Source: an uncultured Rhodobacteraceae bacterium
GTDB taxonomy: Bacteria; Pseudomonadota; Alphaproteobacteria; Rhodobacterales; Rhodobacteraceae
Assembly (NCBI GenBank): GCA_965656935.1
Contig: CBFHMG010000003.1
Span: 126,870-190,869, forward strand
Length of the DNA: 64,000 bases
Direction: 5' to 3'
The notes below the pieces were generated by a model. That model did not search any database. It saw only the letters and a list, made by a program, of their open reading frames with translations, and was not told where the DNA came from. Of the stretch, positions 63,172-64,000 are shown one piece after another. Numbering within the stretch: the first letter of the stretch is position 1; each line of letters begins with the position of its first letter. A program made the position numbers and the translations under genes.

Positions 63172-64000
63172 CTATTCAAACAGGTTGGTTGGGTCCACGG
63201 CTTCAAACCCGCGGCGCACTTCAAAATGCAGGAAGGACGGATCGCCTGGGCCAACATCGGCGACGGTCTGGCCGCGGGTGATCGTGTCGCCGCGGCTGAC
63301 TCGGATGTTCTGGATATTGGCATAGACCGTCAGCATATTGTCGGGGTGGCGCAGCACGAGGATCGGGATTTGATCGGTATCGCGGGTGATGGCCGCGACC
63401 TCGCCCGCAGCGGCGGCGCTGACATTGGTGCCTGTGACCGCCGCGATATCAATGCCTTCATTTGATCCCGAGAAGGGCCGCAGAATATCCCCCGAGACAG
63501 GGCGCAACAGCTGCCCATTGCTTGAGGCGGATGGGGTTGCTGCCGGTGCGGGAGTAGGGGCAGGGGCGGCGGTTGTCTCATTTGAGGTCGCGGCGGGGGC
63601 TGCGGCTGTTGCAATAGGCTCTGGCAAGGCTGTTGCGGCCGAAGGGGGCTCGGGCGTCGCCGAGGCGCCCGGGGCAGCGGCATCTGGGGCCGTGCTTGCC
63701 TCTTCGATGACCAGCGGGATGATCAGGAATTGGCCTTCGCGCACCGACAGATCGGGCCCCAGCCCGTTCCAATCGGCCAAGGCGCGCACCGAGACGCCAT
63801 ATAGCCGCGCAACGGAATAGGCGGTTTCACCTCGGGTTACGCGGTGGCGCACGGGCTCTTGGCCGTCTTGAACTTCGATGGTCTGTGGCGGCGCGCTGGC
63901 CTCTGCGGCATCAATCGCGCTTGTGGCGATCTGGGTGATATCGGTGGTGGTTGCGGTGGTGCCTGCGGCAGGATCCAGACGACGGGGCAGGGCCAGCACT
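63172..64000 (-). CDS. LysM + M23 peptidase (NlpD-like murein hydrolase activator); N-terminus lies beyond the window edge
   Basis: LysM segment HRVTRGETAYSVARLYGVSVRALADWNGL, a Pro/Ala-rich linker, and an M23 C-terminus GIDIAA...G.V......LVLRHPDN..TVYAN......GD...GQ.....FLHFEVR. Confidence 0.85.
   Translation of the reverse strand, partial: VLALPRRLDPAAGTTATTTDITQIATSAIDAAEASAPPQTIEVQDGQEPVRHRVTRGETAYSVARLYGVSVRALADWNGLGPDLSVREGQFLIIPLVIEEASTAPDAAAPGASATPEPPSAATALPEPIATAAAPAATSNETTAAPAPTPAPAATPSASSNGQLLRPVSGDILRPFSGSNEGIDIAAVTGTNVSAAAAGEVAAITRDTDQIPILVLRHPDNMLTVYANIQNIRVSRGDTITRGQTVADVGPGDPSFLHFEVRRGFEAVDPTNLFE

Overview
The window looks like a GC-rich alphaproteobacterial chromosome segment, most consistent with Rhodobacterales (roseobacter/Paracoccus-like). 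The pointers are phosphatidylcholine synthase, an F1-only atpHAGDC operon, CIRCE-controlled groESL, an Hsp20-DUF1150 pair, a fused sat/cysC and a DUF484-xerC pair. Nearly all of it is densely packed, syntenic housekeeping sequence. I call about 63 protein genes, many joined by 1-8 nt overlaps. The main groups are: argD, metF/metR, suhB, pcs, xerC, priA, hisC-tyrC, clpA and gloB; atpHAGDC, prs, ltaE-ycgN-ribF, ppaC, groESL and ibpA; purEK, nadE, sat/cysC, trxB, lrp and pgeF with an NDUFAF7-like gene and lgt; and ubiK, proC, tdk, carB, cfa and an nlpD-like gene. I found no rRNA, tRNA, CRISPR array, transposase, prophage block or clear genomic island. I see no defence-island-type system. The best candidate for something undescribed is an orphan stator-like pair at 14446..17289: a MotA/ExbB-family channel protein and a MotB/OmpA-family protein, each with a long coiled coil. 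It sits in a neighbourhood rich in cell-wall hydrolases. Secondary observations:
- a decayed transaldolase remnant next to priA
- a lone phage-CII-like HTH gene
- a single-domain H-type-lectin-like protein
- a secreted 19-repeat MORN protein
- an untracked 44-aa ORF with its own SD and terminator
- an orphan phnM-like gene in a nadE-phnM-eamA operon
- structured intergenic hairpins at trxB/lrp and carB/cfa

All functional calls come from reading the translations against remembered family signatures. No database search was run.
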